Shown: positions 1-9,200 of the stretch, piece by piece | How positions within the stretch are numbered: position 1 is the first letter of the stretch | Layout: each line of letters opens with the position of its first letter | IMG/VR virus record: IMGVR_UViG_3300046472_000138 | Reading direction: 5' to 3' (one strand) | DNA from: an uncultured virus (IMG/VR IMGVR_UViG_3300046472_000138) | Taxonomy: Duplodnaviria > Heunggongvirae > Uroviricota > Caudoviricetes | DNA length: 64,000 nt | The notes under the pieces: model-generated | Seen by the model: only the letters and a program-made list of their open reading frames with translations | Told to the model about the DNA's origin: nothing | Database searches by the model: none | Translations under genes and position numbers: made by a program

Positions 1-427
1 CATTTTCTTTAATTATCTTTCTTTTTCTTTTATTGTTAGTGTCCTCTTGCTGCTCTCTTGCTGCTCTCTTGCTGCTCTCTTGCTGTACGTTTTGCTGCTC
101 TCTTGCCTGATACTTGTCATAGTTAATGATTGTTATTATTGAAGTTATATTATTTTTTTGCTGCTCTATTTGCTGCTCTATTTCGAGTATATTTAGAAAA
201 GTTTTTACAGCAGTTCTGCTCCATCCCCATCTGACGCTGATCTTCACGATAGACCAACCTACTTGACCGCGCTTGATTGGAATTCTCATATGCCTAACTA
301 AAATGAATCCGTCTTTATAATTGGCAAGCCCGATTAGGTCTATCCACGCTGCCCCATAACAAAAAGGCTTATGTTTCCATAGATCGTTATCAAATAAACT
401 CCGATGGATCAGGAAATAACCTTCCAC
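1..427 (-). CDS. Replication initiator, N-terminal part (truncated by the window edge)
   Basis: Near-identical to 44060-44486; GTG start at 427 (MEGYFLIHR). Confidence 0.85.
   Translation of the reverse strand, partial: MEGYFLIHRSLFDNDLWKHKPFCYGAAWIDLIGLANYKDGFILVRHMRIPIKRGQVGWSIVKISVRWGWSRTAVKTFLNILEIEQQIEQQKNNITSIITIINYDKYQAREQQNVQQESSKRAAREQQEDTNNKRKRKIIKEN
44..183. repeat. Iteron-like TGCTGCTCT(C/A)T direct repeats inside the initiator gene; putative origin
   Basis: Three tandem 11-bp units plus further copies nearby, next to A/T-rich DNA. The 11-bp period is not codon-phased. Confidence 0.65.
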
Positions 428-450
428 AATGGCGGCTCTCGCAGAAATAA

Positions 451-517
451 ACAGCCGCTCGGATGGGTAGGGGAAGCTACCGACCGCGCCTGGGAGACAC
501 GTTTACCAAGCGGCTGT
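451..517 (-). ncRNA. Structured leader RNA upstream of the initiator gene
   Basis: Closing stem ACAGCCGCT/AGCGGCTGT; inner stem GGTAG/CTACC covaries with the second copy. Confidence 0.6.
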
Positions 518-629
518 ATTTTGCGCCGATCATTTTCAGCGCAAACTTTTGAAATTGAAAATTGTTTTCCACGACTTCCCTCGTGACAGTGGATTGAGTG
601 GTAGAATCTATTTCAGCCGCTTTTCTGTG

Positions 630-830
630 TCAAGACTTTTCTTTCTCTCGCTCGGCAATCATGGCATCGGCTATTTTGTAAGCCTCAAGGCAATTATGCT
701 CATAGCCGATAGTTACATCACCGGAAGCGTACAACCCCTGCAATGCCATCCCTGCAAACCAATCCCGCAGAGACATGCCTTTATCGTAAATACCAAACTG
801 AATTGGGAAAGCCGGTCCCCCGTCTTTCAC
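630..830 (-). CDS. Conserved small phage protein (GGPAFP...GMSLRDWFA family)
   Basis: Recognisable phage motif; conserved at 44677-44904. Confidence 0.75.
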   Translation of the reverse strand: MKDGGPAFPIQFGIYDKGMSLRDWFAGMALQGLYASGDVTIGYEHNCLEAYKIADAMIAEREKEKS

Positions 831-981
831 TGGCAGACCTCCTGCAATAACTCACTCTCCCTCGCCCAGATCGCCATTCTTGGCTCTTCGCAACTCTGCA
901 AGCAGAATTGATCCTGTCTTTGGTCAATCACTTCCCATGCCTCTTCAGGCATGATTCGCAGTCGTACTATCTCTCCGATGG

Positions 982-1314
982 TCATCTTTCCTCCAATTGA
1001 GAAAGAATTAATTTTGCATTTCTGTATTCGTTTGAGCTTTGAATCATAACAATCTCATCGGACAAACCGGCGGCATCGTCAGGCTCAGAGATTCCATCCA
1101 TGTCGATGAGTCGAATTAATCCCTTAACAGTTTCAAGTAATTCAGGTGCAAGCACCATCAAGTTTGCATTCCCTTCTTGAAGGTATGATCCCTTCGGAAG
1201 AAATGCAAATGTCGGTCCTGCTTTTGGGCCAATTGCATAATGCTCTGAAATCCTGATTGGACGCTCGATCACGCGCTTATCGGTTAATTGCCAAGGCGTA
1301 GCAGTATGATTCAT
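982..1314 (-). CDS. Phage hypothetical protein (HTxxPW...NAxL..AP.L type), copy 1 only
   Basis: Motif pattern; strong SD upstream of the ATG at 1314. Confidence 0.6.
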   Translation of the reverse strand: MNHTATPWQLTDKRVIERPIRISEHYAIGPKAGPTFAFLPKGSYLQEGNANLMVLAPELLETVKGLIRLIDMDGISEPDDAAGLSDEIVMIQSSNEYRNAKLILSQLEER

Positions 1315-1491
1315 TTCTCCCCCTCCTCCTGAAAAGGTTGTGAAGGGTTTTGCTTGAAACAATCATGTGTCTTCATGGCAACGTGCGCGGCATCCATGTC
1401 CTCGTTGAAATTCCGGTTGAAGCTCTCGATGTGGCCGCAATCTTTGCAGATTATTTCATTGGTTTGTCCGAATCCGACTTCAGTTCTAGTG

Positions 1492-1662
1492 TTAGCCATT
1501 GTTTTTCTCCTTTTGCTCATCGTCAAGACCAAGCACCATATGCACATACTCCCTCAACTTCATCCGCGCTTCAAGTGCTTGCTCCTTGATCCTGTACAGA
1601 TTCTCTCGGCTCATCCTGATCGTGAGAGCCGTTATTTTTTCTTTTGGTTTCTTGTCGGTCAT
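1492..1662 (-). CDS. Ribbon-helix-helix (Arc/CopG-like) regulator, 56 aa, not in the ORF track
   Basis: Hand translation MTDKKPKEKITALTIRMSRENLYRIKEQALEARMKLREYVHMVLG shows a beta-alpha-alpha pattern. Core is amino-acid identical at 45217-45378. Confidence 0.7.
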   Translation of the reverse strand: MTDKKPKEKITALTIRMSRENLYRIKEQALEARMKLREYVHMVLGLDDEQKEKNNG

Positions 1663-1886
1663 AAGTTGTGTTGATTTAACAATCTCTCCGTTTTGATTTC
1701 TACTGCACCTTCTCTTTTCAACCGAGCAAGGAGTTTTCTTAATCCATTCTCGAACGCATACTCCGTAAACGTATGATGCGGAGGAAATTTATCTGAATTT
1801 TTAAATGAATAAGTAACTCTGTAAGTTTCTCTCATAAGTGGAGTTGATCCATAAAGTGGAAAGACTACATTCCATTCAGATTTCAT
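1659..1886 (-). CDS. Hypothetical first early gene, probably leaderless
   Basis: ATG lies 7 nt downstream of the TAGACT -10 box; not shared with copy 2. Confidence 0.5.
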   Translation of the reverse strand: MKSEWNVVFPLYGSTPLMRETYRVTYSFKNSDKFPPHHTFTEYAFENGLRKLLARLKREGAVEIKTERLLNQHNL

Positions 1887-1892
1887 AAAATC

Positions 1893-2000
1893 AGTCTAAA
1901 AAATCTATCGGCAAAAAGCAAGTAAAAAATTAAAAAAGTTATAAATCATTTATAATCAACAAAAATATCTTGACAATGTTTCAAGATTCAAATTGAATCA
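1893..2000. promoter_or_regulatory. Divergent promoter region with central palindrome
   Basis: Minus strand TTGCTT-17-TAGACT (1921-1893); palindrome TTATAAAT-C-ATTTATAA (1939-1955); plus strand TTGACA (1970-1975) with a weak -10. Conserved in copy 2. Confidence 0.7.
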
Positions 2001-2008
2001 GCAAGACA

Positions 2009-3607
2009 ATGCCGAAAGGGACAAACAGACAATCCAACGCGCAAGATAAAGCCTTGGAAACCATCTCAAAAGTCGGAACCATTGAAGCTGATCCAGAAGA
2101 GGAATCATTGAGCCAATCCGCAACCGTTTTACAGCATCCAGCATCAGAAACAGCAGCCGAAGAGCAGCCTAAACCAAAGAAAAAAGCACAAGTTGAAGAA
2201 GATTCGACAGATGCGGAGCTTAAACGTCAACCAGGAGAGGACTGGTTTGAATATGTAAACCGACTTCCTCCTGATGCTTTCACTGAACACAACGCTTGTA
2301 TCTACGTTTACAAGCAAGCGCAGACTGGAAACGTCCAAATCGACAAGATTTACCGGGCAATCACCTTTGACGAATTGAAAAATATCTATGCCGTCAAGAA
2401 TGGGGCCGGTAATTACTACCTCCAATACAACACTAGGAACAAAAAATATAGCTCTGCTGGTCAGCGTTACACCTTCGATGGTGACAACTTGACAGGGTTA
2501 GGTGATGCTGTGCAGAGTGGGTTATCAGCTTCAGGGTTAGCAAATCCACAACAGAGCGCAACGGCAGAAGCGATTAAGATCATTGCAGAGGCATCAAGGG
2601 AAGCAAACAAAGCAAATATCGAATTAATCAAGGATCACGCCAAGAAACCGGACGAAGGGTCCGCAATTACCGCTTTAATCATCAAATTGATGGACGTTCA
2701 ACGGTCAGAAGCCATTGAAAGAGCCGATCGGGACCGGAAGGAAGCCAAGGAACGGGCCGACAAGGAAGCAATCGAAGCCAAAGAACAGGCTAAAAGAGAC
2801 ATCGAAGCGGCAAAAGATCGGGCTGATCGGGATAATAAGTTCTTCCAACTCCTCATTGACGGCAACGAAAAGCGTGCAAACGAACGTGCCGAGATGATGA
2901 AGGCCATGCAAGAGGCACAGGGTAAGTGGTTTGACACGCTTTTGAAGGAAAAAGACAAAAAAGACGACTCTCTTGGCATGGGAAACGTTCTAAAAGAGCT
3001 ATTTAGCGCATTTGCCCGGGAAAGATTGGAAGGCAGCGGGGAGCAAACCCTACCGGGTTGGGCCGGGGTCATGCAAACCATCGTGCCAAGGATCGCAGAA
3101 GCCATTCCAACCATCCTAGCAGCACGAAACGGGGCTTCTCCTCAGCAAATCCAACAGATTCAAGAGCAACAACGCATTGCAGCCGAGACTCAACATGGGC
3201 CGAATGGTGGATTACGGCAACAGAATCCAGCGGAACCGAAGCTATTGACCACAGAAGACGAGTTAAACGGCTTCATCGACCGCTTGGGAACCTATCTCAC
3301 CGGCAAGATTCAGCAGGGCAGGCCGGCAGACCCGGCGTATATGATTCAAGTTCTCGATGAAGAATTCCTGCTTGTGGCCAATCTCCTTGAGAACAACACT
3401 AAAGAAGTCATCATATCGGCTATCCAATCCGCTCCACTCGGTGGACAGCTACTTCAAATTCCAACAGCACCGGCCTTTCTTGAAGAATTGATTAATAAAC
3501 TCAAGCAACCTGAAGAGGAAGAAGAACAAGAGCCTGAATTAGTCGGGGTTATACCGCAGGCGCAATCACAACCAACCACTAAAAAGAGAAAATCTGCCGC
3601 GCACTAA
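2009..3607 (+). CDS. Large coiled-coil/helical protein of unknown function, first late-arm gene
   Basis: 532 aa with a charged E/K/R/A-rich helical middle; conserved in copy 2. Confidence 0.85.
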   Translation: MPKGTNRQSNAQDKALETISKVGTIEADPEEESLSQSATVLQHPASETAAEEQPKPKKKAQVEEDSTDAELKRQPGEDWFEYVNRLPPDAFTEHNACIYVYKQAQTGNVQIDKIYRAITFDELKNIYAVKNGAGNYYLQYNTRNKKYSSAGQRYTFDGDNLTGLGDAVQSGLSASGLANPQQSATAEAIKIIAEASREANKANIELIKDHAKKPDEGSAITALIIKLMDVQRSEAIERADRDRKEAKERADKEAIEAKEQAKRDIEAAKDRADRDNKFFQLLIDGNEKRANERAEMMKAMQEAQGKWFDTLLKEKDKKDDSLGMGNVLKELFSAFARERLEGSGEQTLPGWAGVMQTIVPRIAEAIPTILAARNGASPQQIQQIQEQQRIAAETQHGPNGGLRQQNPAEPKLLTTEDELNGFIDRLGTYLTGKIQQGRPADPAYMIQVLDEEFLLVANLLENNTKEVIISAIQSAPLGGQLLQIPTAPAFLEELINKLKQPEEEEEQEPELVGVIPQAQSQPTTKKRKSAAH

Positions 3608-3616
3608 GGAGATTCC

Positions 3617-3832
3617 ATGATTAAGAATTGGCTTACATCGCTATTCGGTATCGCCTCAATCATCGTGGCCCTATTTCACTGTGTCCACAACGGCAGCATT
3701 GACTTGACCTGTGTTCAATCCATTCTCGTTGGGGCTGGGCTTCTCGCAGCCAAACAATTCAACGTGACCGGCGGGACAGTCCCCGCAACAGTAGAAGCGG
3801 AATCAAGAGTTAATTCTCCAAAGGCTCCATGA
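3617..3832 (+). CDS. Small two-TM holin-like protein
   Basis: KNWLTSLFG start, two hydrophobic segments, SD AAGGAG; identical protein in copy 2. Confidence 0.55.
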   Translation: MIKNWLTSLFGIASIIVALFHCVHNGSIDLTCVQSILVGAGLLAAKQFNVTGGTVPATVEAESRVNSPKAP

Positions 3833-4281
3833 AAAATTCTAATCGACTCAAGATTGCCCTGATTTATCTTGTCATCGCTGCCTCAATCGCTTGCAAAGAC
3901 GATTCCATCCGCAAAGCAGCGCGTGCAAGCGATGACATGGCCTCAACAATCTCTCTCGCCATTGATGTCAAGCGGCAACTGGCAATGTCAACACCTCCAC
4001 TCATCGACCATGACGAGGAAGTGAAGCTCACTCTTGGACTTCAGAAAGTCAATACTTCGGTAAGAGCATTCAATACCGAAGTCAAGCGGCTGTCTAAACT
4101 CGATCCTGCGGCCAAAGGAAATCTAGTCGCACTCTTTGCCAGTGTCACGCAGTCAATCAACGAGCTAAACGCGCAAGGTGTGCTTGGAATCAAGAACGAG
4201 CAATCAAAACAGAAAGTGCAAGCGGTTCTTGCGGCATTCTCAGAAAGTATTGCTGTGATTCAGGTAGTATTAGGGACATGA
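3829..4281 (+). CDS. Helical lipoprotein
   Basis: Basic N-terminus, hydrophobic stretch and lipobox-like ASIA-C. Confidence 0.65.
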   Translation: MKNSNRLKIALIYLVIAASIACKDDSIRKAARASDDMASTISLAIDVKRQLAMSTPPLIDHDEEVKLTLGLQKVNTSVRAFNTEVKRLSKLDPAAKGNLVALFASVTQSINELNAQGVLGIKNEQSKQKVQAVLAAFSESIAVIQVVLGT

Positions 4282-4349
4282 TTTCTGTTAAAACTTTTTC
4301 GTATCAAGAAATAGCGAGGCCGCATTACTATTTTTAAGAAGGAGAAACC

Positions 4350-4538
4350 ATGCTAGCCCTACTTATTGCCCTTGCTCCACTACTCACAAACCTAACCCCG
4401 GCAGTTGTCGCACTCATCCAGCAAATCAAGGCACAAGGCGGACTCACAACCGATCAGATCATTGCCAATGCAGGAGTCACACTTGATGCAAACGATCAGA
4501 AGTTGATTGATGACTTGAAACGATTAGGAGTAATCTAA
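4350..4538 (+). CDS. Small amphipathic protein
   Basis: SD AAGGAG; conserved in copy 2. Confidence 0.7.
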   Translation: MLALLIALAPLLTNLTPAVVALIQQIKAQGGLTTDQIIANAGVTLDANDQKLIDDLKRLGVI

Positions 4539-4605
4539 CCGCAGTGAACTTATTCTGCCTTTACCGCGCAAAAGGCCAATTGTGAACGTGTAAAGGAGAA
4601 TTCCC

Positions 4606-4878
4606 ATGACGATACCCCAATGGATTCAAAAAACCCAAAACGCTGTAATCAGTTCAGTCGGAACTGTATTCAGCCATTCACTCAGTTTTAACGGAGTTCC
4701 TATTACTCCTGCCGGGACATGGGGAGAGACTCGGATTGTGCTACGCAGTGCCGGTGCTAACTCAGCCGCAGTCATTCTTTCTTTGTCTGATTCAGTGACC
4801 GTGACAATTCAATCCCAGGGCGGCAACGCAGTAACAGCCGACGTAATTTGCCAATTGTATTGGAGTGCAATGGCCTAA
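4606..4878 (+). CDS. Small beta-rich protein (possible virion component)
   Basis: SD AAGGAG; S/T/V-rich; conserved in copy 2. Confidence 0.7.
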   Translation: MTIPQWIQKTQNAVISSVGTVFSHSLSFNGVPITPAGTWGETRIVLRSAGANSAAVILSLSDSVTVTIQSQGGNAVTADVICQLYWSAMA

Positions 4879-4879
4879 G

Positions 4880-6685
4880 ATGGGCTACAAGATTGACATA
4901 GGATCAGGCAAATCAAAACAGCCTGGATGTATCGGGCTTGATTATGAGGACTTTGGGCAGGAGATTGTCAGGGACTTAACCAAGGGTCTTCCTTTCTCTG
5001 ACAATAGCGTGTCGGAAGTCCATCTCAATCATTCCTTAGAGCATTTCAGGAGTGGAGAAGAGGTTTGGTTTCTCTTCTCAGAGATTTACCGTGTCTGCCA
5101 TGCCGGGGCAACGATTCATGTCAGAGTTCCCCATAGTGCCTCTCCAGACGCTCACAATCCATCCCATCTCAGCTATTGGAGTGAAGAGTCTCTAATGGTT
5201 TTTGATCGTAAATCCTGGCCTTATGCCTCGATTCCTTCAAAATACTTTTGGGACTTTGAAATAGGGAAGATCGAGCGCAACGGCATTGAGCTTCAGTTTG
5301 AGTTAGTCACCCGCAAGCAAAAGTCCTATATCAACCCAGAAACCGGCAAAGTGGCAATCATCACGGTTGCCTACAATCAACTTCAGCATACCAAGAAGTT
5401 TATCCAATCCTTGCGCCGAAATACTTTAAATCCGTTCAAGATGATCGTTGTCAACAATAACTCAGACGACGGAACAAAAGAATGGCTAGAGGAGCAAGAG
5501 GACATTATTGCAGTCAATCTCGAAGAGAATCTTGGTTGGGTTGGCGGGATCAATACAGGCTTGAAATTCACCCCGGCGGATACGGATTACATTGTTTTCG
5601 CTAACAATGATGTAATTGTCCCGAATAGTTGGGACCGGCAACTGCTCAACCATTTTGATGATACAGTTGGGGCCGTTGGCCCGACCTCGAACTATGTCGC
5701 AGGAAGACAGAACAAAGTTTTTAACCATCAGGGAATTTATGAGGAAGAAGTCAATACCTTAATCGGGTTTTTCATGTGCGTCAGGAAGGATGTCGTTGAA
5801 GCTGTCGGGCCTCTTGATGACCTCCACTCATACGCAAAAGACGGCGCAATTGTTTCAGGAGCCGACGACCATGACTATTCCATACGAATCCGTTCTTTGG
5901 GCTATCGTTTGTTGTGCGCCAGGGATGTGTTTGTTTTTCATGCTGGCTCGCAGTCTCTCAAGGAGAAATTATCCGATAACGAATATCGGGAACTCTGCAC
6001 AGACGCAGACCAAGCCTTGATTGAGAAATGGGGAACAGAAGAAACCTCACTCTTGATGCAATCACCTGTTAGGGTACTTGCTTGTGTCCCAATGCGGAAT
6101 AATTATCTCCATCGAAAATTCGCTTTTACCTTCTCACTGATGCACAAGCCTTTTTATTGGGAATGTGTAGACATGGCTCGGGCGCACGTTGGCGTAGGAA
6201 GAAATGCTTTTGTCAAGTTTGCCAAGGAACGGCAAGCCGATTATATTTTGTTTCTCGATGATGATCACATTCTCAAGCCGGACACATTCTTGCGGCTTTA
6301 TAGGATGGATGTTCCGGTTGCGACTGCTCTAGCCTTTCAGCGTGTTCCACCTTATCTGCCTTGCATCTATCAGTGGACAATGATTCCTGATAATGGTCAA
6401 ACCGCTTGTTTACCAGTCGGTCAACTGATTAAGCAGGGGCAAAGGAAAGTTGATGCTTCTGGCTTTGCTGCGGCTCTAATCAAGATGGAGGTTTTCGACA
6501 AAATTCCTGATCCTTGGTTTGAATGGAAGGAATTAGGCGAGGACATCGACTTTTGCCTGAAATGCAAAGATCACGACATTCCGATTTGGTGCGATACCGA
6601 TTTGATTTTGCCTCACATTGGCGAGAATCAGGAAGTTGATGAGCAAACCTTTTATTCTCACAATCCAGTGAGGAAAACGGCATGA
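4880..6685 (+). CDS. Fusion of a SAM-dependent methyltransferase, a GT2 glycosyltransferase and a second GT-A domain
   Basis: IDIGSG...RDL..GLPF.DNSV...HSLEH; VVNNNSDDGT, FANNDV; LFLDDD, GEDIDFC. Start refined using copy 2. Confidence 0.9.
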   Translation: MGYKIDIGSGKSKQPGCIGLDYEDFGQEIVRDLTKGLPFSDNSVSEVHLNHSLEHFRSGEEVWFLFSEIYRVCHAGATIHVRVPHSASPDAHNPSHLSYWSEESLMVFDRKSWPYASIPSKYFWDFEIGKIERNGIELQFELVTRKQKSYINPETGKVAIITVAYNQLQHTKKFIQSLRRNTLNPFKMIVVNNNSDDGTKEWLEEQEDIIAVNLEENLGWVGGINTGLKFTPADTDYIVFANNDVIVPNSWDRQLLNHFDDTVGAVGPTSNYVAGRQNKVFNHQGIYEEEVNTLIGFFMCVRKDVVEAVGPLDDLHSYAKDGAIVSGADDHDYSIRIRSLGYRLLCARDVFVFHAGSQSLKEKLSDNEYRELCTDADQALIEKWGTEETSLLMQSPVRVLACVPMRNNYLHRKFAFTFSLMHKPFYWECVDMARAHVGVGRNAFVKFAKERQADYILFLDDDHILKPDTFLRLYRMDVPVATALAFQRVPPYLPCIYQWTMIPDNGQTACLPVGQLIKQGQRKVDASGFAAALIKMEVFDKIPDPWFEWKELGEDIDFCLKCKDHDIPIWCDTDLILPHIGENQEVDEQTFYSHNPVRKTA

Positions 6686-7428
6686 ATCCTAAAGTCTCAG
6701 TCATCCTTACGACTCATGGAGAAGGCAAGTATCTCTCTCAAGCGATTGCCTCTGTGTTAGCGCAGACCTATACGGATTTTGAGTTGATGGTTGCAATAGA
6801 CGGGTCAGAATACAATGTTTTATCGAGAGGCTACACGAATTTTTCAGATAATAGGATTCGATATTTTAGTATAAAAGTCCCAAGCGATGTAGTTTGTAGA
6901 TTCGCTTACACAATCAATCAAGCGTTCAGAGAATCTAAGGGGAAGTACATCACCTACCTCTGTCACGATGATTTGTACTTGCCCTATCGCCTGCAAGTCA
7001 TGGTCAAGGTAATGGAGAAGATGAATCTTGATATCGTATTCGGGGATCAGCAATTGATTGATGGAATCGATCCAGATAACTTTTGGGTTGAGCAAGTCAG
7101 GAAAGGCTCGACAGAGCATCCAATGGGGGCGGTTGACCATTCCTCAGTGATGCACCGAAGGGAATGCTTTGAGAAGGTCGGCGGGTGGGATGAATCCGCA
7201 CCGATGCGCTATGGGGATGCCTTTTTCTGGAAACGATTACTTGATGCTGGTTACAAATTCAACGGGATTGCCGTAGTGCTTGATGTGCATCGGTTCAATA
7301 AAGATTCTGTAACCTGGAAAGAAGATAATCCAGAATCCAAGAGAGACTATCCTCCATTCGATGACCTTGGAAACAAGCGCACGATTGAAAGCGGAGTTGA
7401 TGCCGGTTGGAGTGCGGTGGAAAAGTGA
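6682..7428 (+). CDS. GT2 glycosyltransferase
   Basis: PKVSVILTT...AIASVLAQTYTDFEL, YLCHDD, GGWDE. Confidence 0.92.
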   Translation: MNPKVSVILTTHGEGKYLSQAIASVLAQTYTDFELMVAIDGSEYNVLSRGYTNFSDNRIRYFSIKVPSDVVCRFAYTINQAFRESKGKYITYLCHDDLYLPYRLQVMVKVMEKMNLDIVFGDQQLIDGIDPDNFWVEQVRKGSTEHPMGAVDHSSVMHRRECFEKVGGWDESAPMRYGDAFFWKRLLDAGYKFNGIAVVLDVHRFNKDSVTWKEDNPESKRDYPPFDDLGNKRTIESGVDAGWSAVEK

Positions 7429-8750
7429 AAATTGCATATGTTAAGTCCAATGTAGAGGCAAGCGGATACGTCATTCATGGCCTCGGCTTGCTCTCTTCCA
7501 TTGCCAAGCAGTACGGCCATGAGAGCAAATTTGCCAACATCGCAATCAACAGGGAACTTCCCGGTGATGTAGATGCAGTGGCAATCACAGCTTGCTCGGA
7601 TGCTTTCCCGTTAGCAGTAGCGGCAGCACAAGCGTACAAACGATTTAATCCAAAAATAGTCACTTTCGTTGGAGGCCCACATGCGACCTTTGCTCCAGAC
7701 GATTTTGATAAAGTACCTGAATTTGATTTCATCGTACGAGGAGATGGAGAGAATGTTTGGGAAGCCTTCTCTCAAGGAAATCTGCCAGGACAAAGGATTA
7801 TCAATGGCGAGCCGGTTGCTGACATTAATCGGCTTCCTTTTGTGGACAGGTGCCAGGAGCAAAACTTCTATCACGCTAGCGAATGCCCTCCGCGCCCACT
7901 TCATCGATTCCCAGGACCATACCGTTGTGTCTTAGCTGGAAGGGGCTGCAAATATAACTGCTCATTCTGTGTGCTTCATGAGCCAAAGGTAGATAAAATC
8001 GATGAACTACTCGGCAAAGAAAAACCATGGTCATTCCAAACCGGTTTCAGCAACCACCGTAAGCGCGACGTTGACCATATCCTCAGGGAGTTATCATATC
8101 TTGGGCCATTCGGTTCCTTATTCGTACACGACGATAACCTCATCGAAGCCAAAGAGTGGTGTACCGAATTTGCCGAAAAGTGGGATGGAAGACCATTCCT
8201 GATGCAGGGCCGCGCCGATCTGATGGTTAAGTATGCTGATGTCCTTGAAATAATGGTACGCAAGGGACTCTCGGCAATGCTCGTTGGGTTTGAGTCAGGC
8301 TCAGACAGGCTCTTGAGGTATATGAGAAAAGGCACGACACGGAAAATCAACGATGCGGCCGCAGCCTTGGCGAAGAGGTTAGGAATTTTCGTTCAAGCAA
8401 ATATGATGTTTGGGATTCCAACTGAAACCGAATCCGACGTTGAAGAATCTATTGACATGATTAAAACCTCGTTGAATGGCTTTGTCATCTGCCCTTCGAT
8501 CTTTACTCCTTATCCTGGTTCTGACCTTGCTAAGACCGTTGAAACGAACGGCTGGAATGCAGTCCAAAACTACGATTATCAGCGCGGGGCAGGGGGAGTG
8601 AAGTTGAAAGAAGAGGCGTTTGGTTACTCCTATAAGTGGCTTTATGAGCGGCTCCAGGAAGAGAATATCTATTCCGGCATGGTTTCAGAATTGACGCACA
8701 TTCCCTTAAAACAACTTGCCGAGATGCAAGAGAGTCAATTGGTACAATGA
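7425..8750 (+). CDS. B12-binding radical SAM protein (class B methyltransferase-like)
   Basis: GGPHAT cobalamin-domain motif, GRGCKYNCSFC, DDN, GFESGS; GTG start. Confidence 0.9.
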   Translation: MKIAYVKSNVEASGYVIHGLGLLSSIAKQYGHESKFANIAINRELPGDVDAVAITACSDAFPLAVAAAQAYKRFNPKIVTFVGGPHATFAPDDFDKVPEFDFIVRGDGENVWEAFSQGNLPGQRIINGEPVADINRLPFVDRCQEQNFYHASECPPRPLHRFPGPYRCVLAGRGCKYNCSFCVLHEPKVDKIDELLGKEKPWSFQTGFSNHRKRDVDHILRELSYLGPFGSLFVHDDNLIEAKEWCTEFAEKWDGRPFLMQGRADLMVKYADVLEIMVRKGLSAMLVGFESGSDRLLRYMRKGTTRKINDAAAALAKRLGIFVQANMMFGIPTETESDVEESIDMIKTSLNGFVICPSIFTPYPGSDLAKTVETNGWNAVQNYDYQRGAGGVKLKEEAFGYSYKWLYERLQEENIYSGMVSELTHIPLKQLAEMQESQLVQ

Positions 8751-9025
8751 GAGCAATTAATCCTCGGACATTTCATAGAATTGTCAGGGATTCAGTTTAT
8801 GAAGTTCTCAATCCAATGCCTCTTGGCTCTAGATGCTCTAAAGGTTCAGTTCAGAAACAGGGTAAGGTAGTTATCGAAAAAGATGGAACTGAATATCTAA
8901 TAATGCTTCCTGATGGTGAAATTAGATCAGCTAATTCACATGATAAAGCAGAAGCTATCGCCAAAAAATGGTTTAAGAAAAACTTAAAAGAAGATGTTGG
9001 GATAGGTACAATTGAATGGCGATGA
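8747..9025 (+). CDS. Accessory hypothetical protein, copy 1 only
   Basis: ATGA overlap with the upstream gene; absent in copy 2. Confidence 0.55.
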   Translation: MRAINPRTFHRIVRDSVYEVLNPMPLGSRCSKGSVQKQGKVVIEKDGTEYLIMLPDGEIRSANSHDKAEAIAKKWFKKNLKEDVGIGTIEWR

Positions 9026-9200
9026 AAAACTTCAATCTCTCAGGACTAGAGTGCAATGAGTGTAGAAATCCAGACATATAGTGGCTATTGTCCTTGGTGT
9101 AAGAAAGTAACAACCATTAGAAAAGAAATTTCAACTTCAGTTGATAAAAAGCCTTATACGACTCGATGCGAAGAATGCCATACATATTGTGGTGGAGGAT

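Noticed and set aside
44..183. Short repeats as CRISPR array or DGR repeat
   Set aside because: 11-bp units with no spacers, inside the initiator gene; no cas or reverse transcriptase gene in the window.
549..911. Plus-strand 120-aa ORF (and 44674-45093) conserved in both copies
   Set aside because: Antisense shadow of the GGPAFP-family gene; similarity is limited to the overlap.
1350..1696. Three plus-strand ORFs in the track
   Set aside because: Antisense to the RHH and neighbouring minus-strand genes that have SD sites and sensible motifs.
4880..4925. GSGKS as a P-loop
   Set aside because: It is the SAM-binding DIGxG motif; copy 2 reads DIGCGNH.
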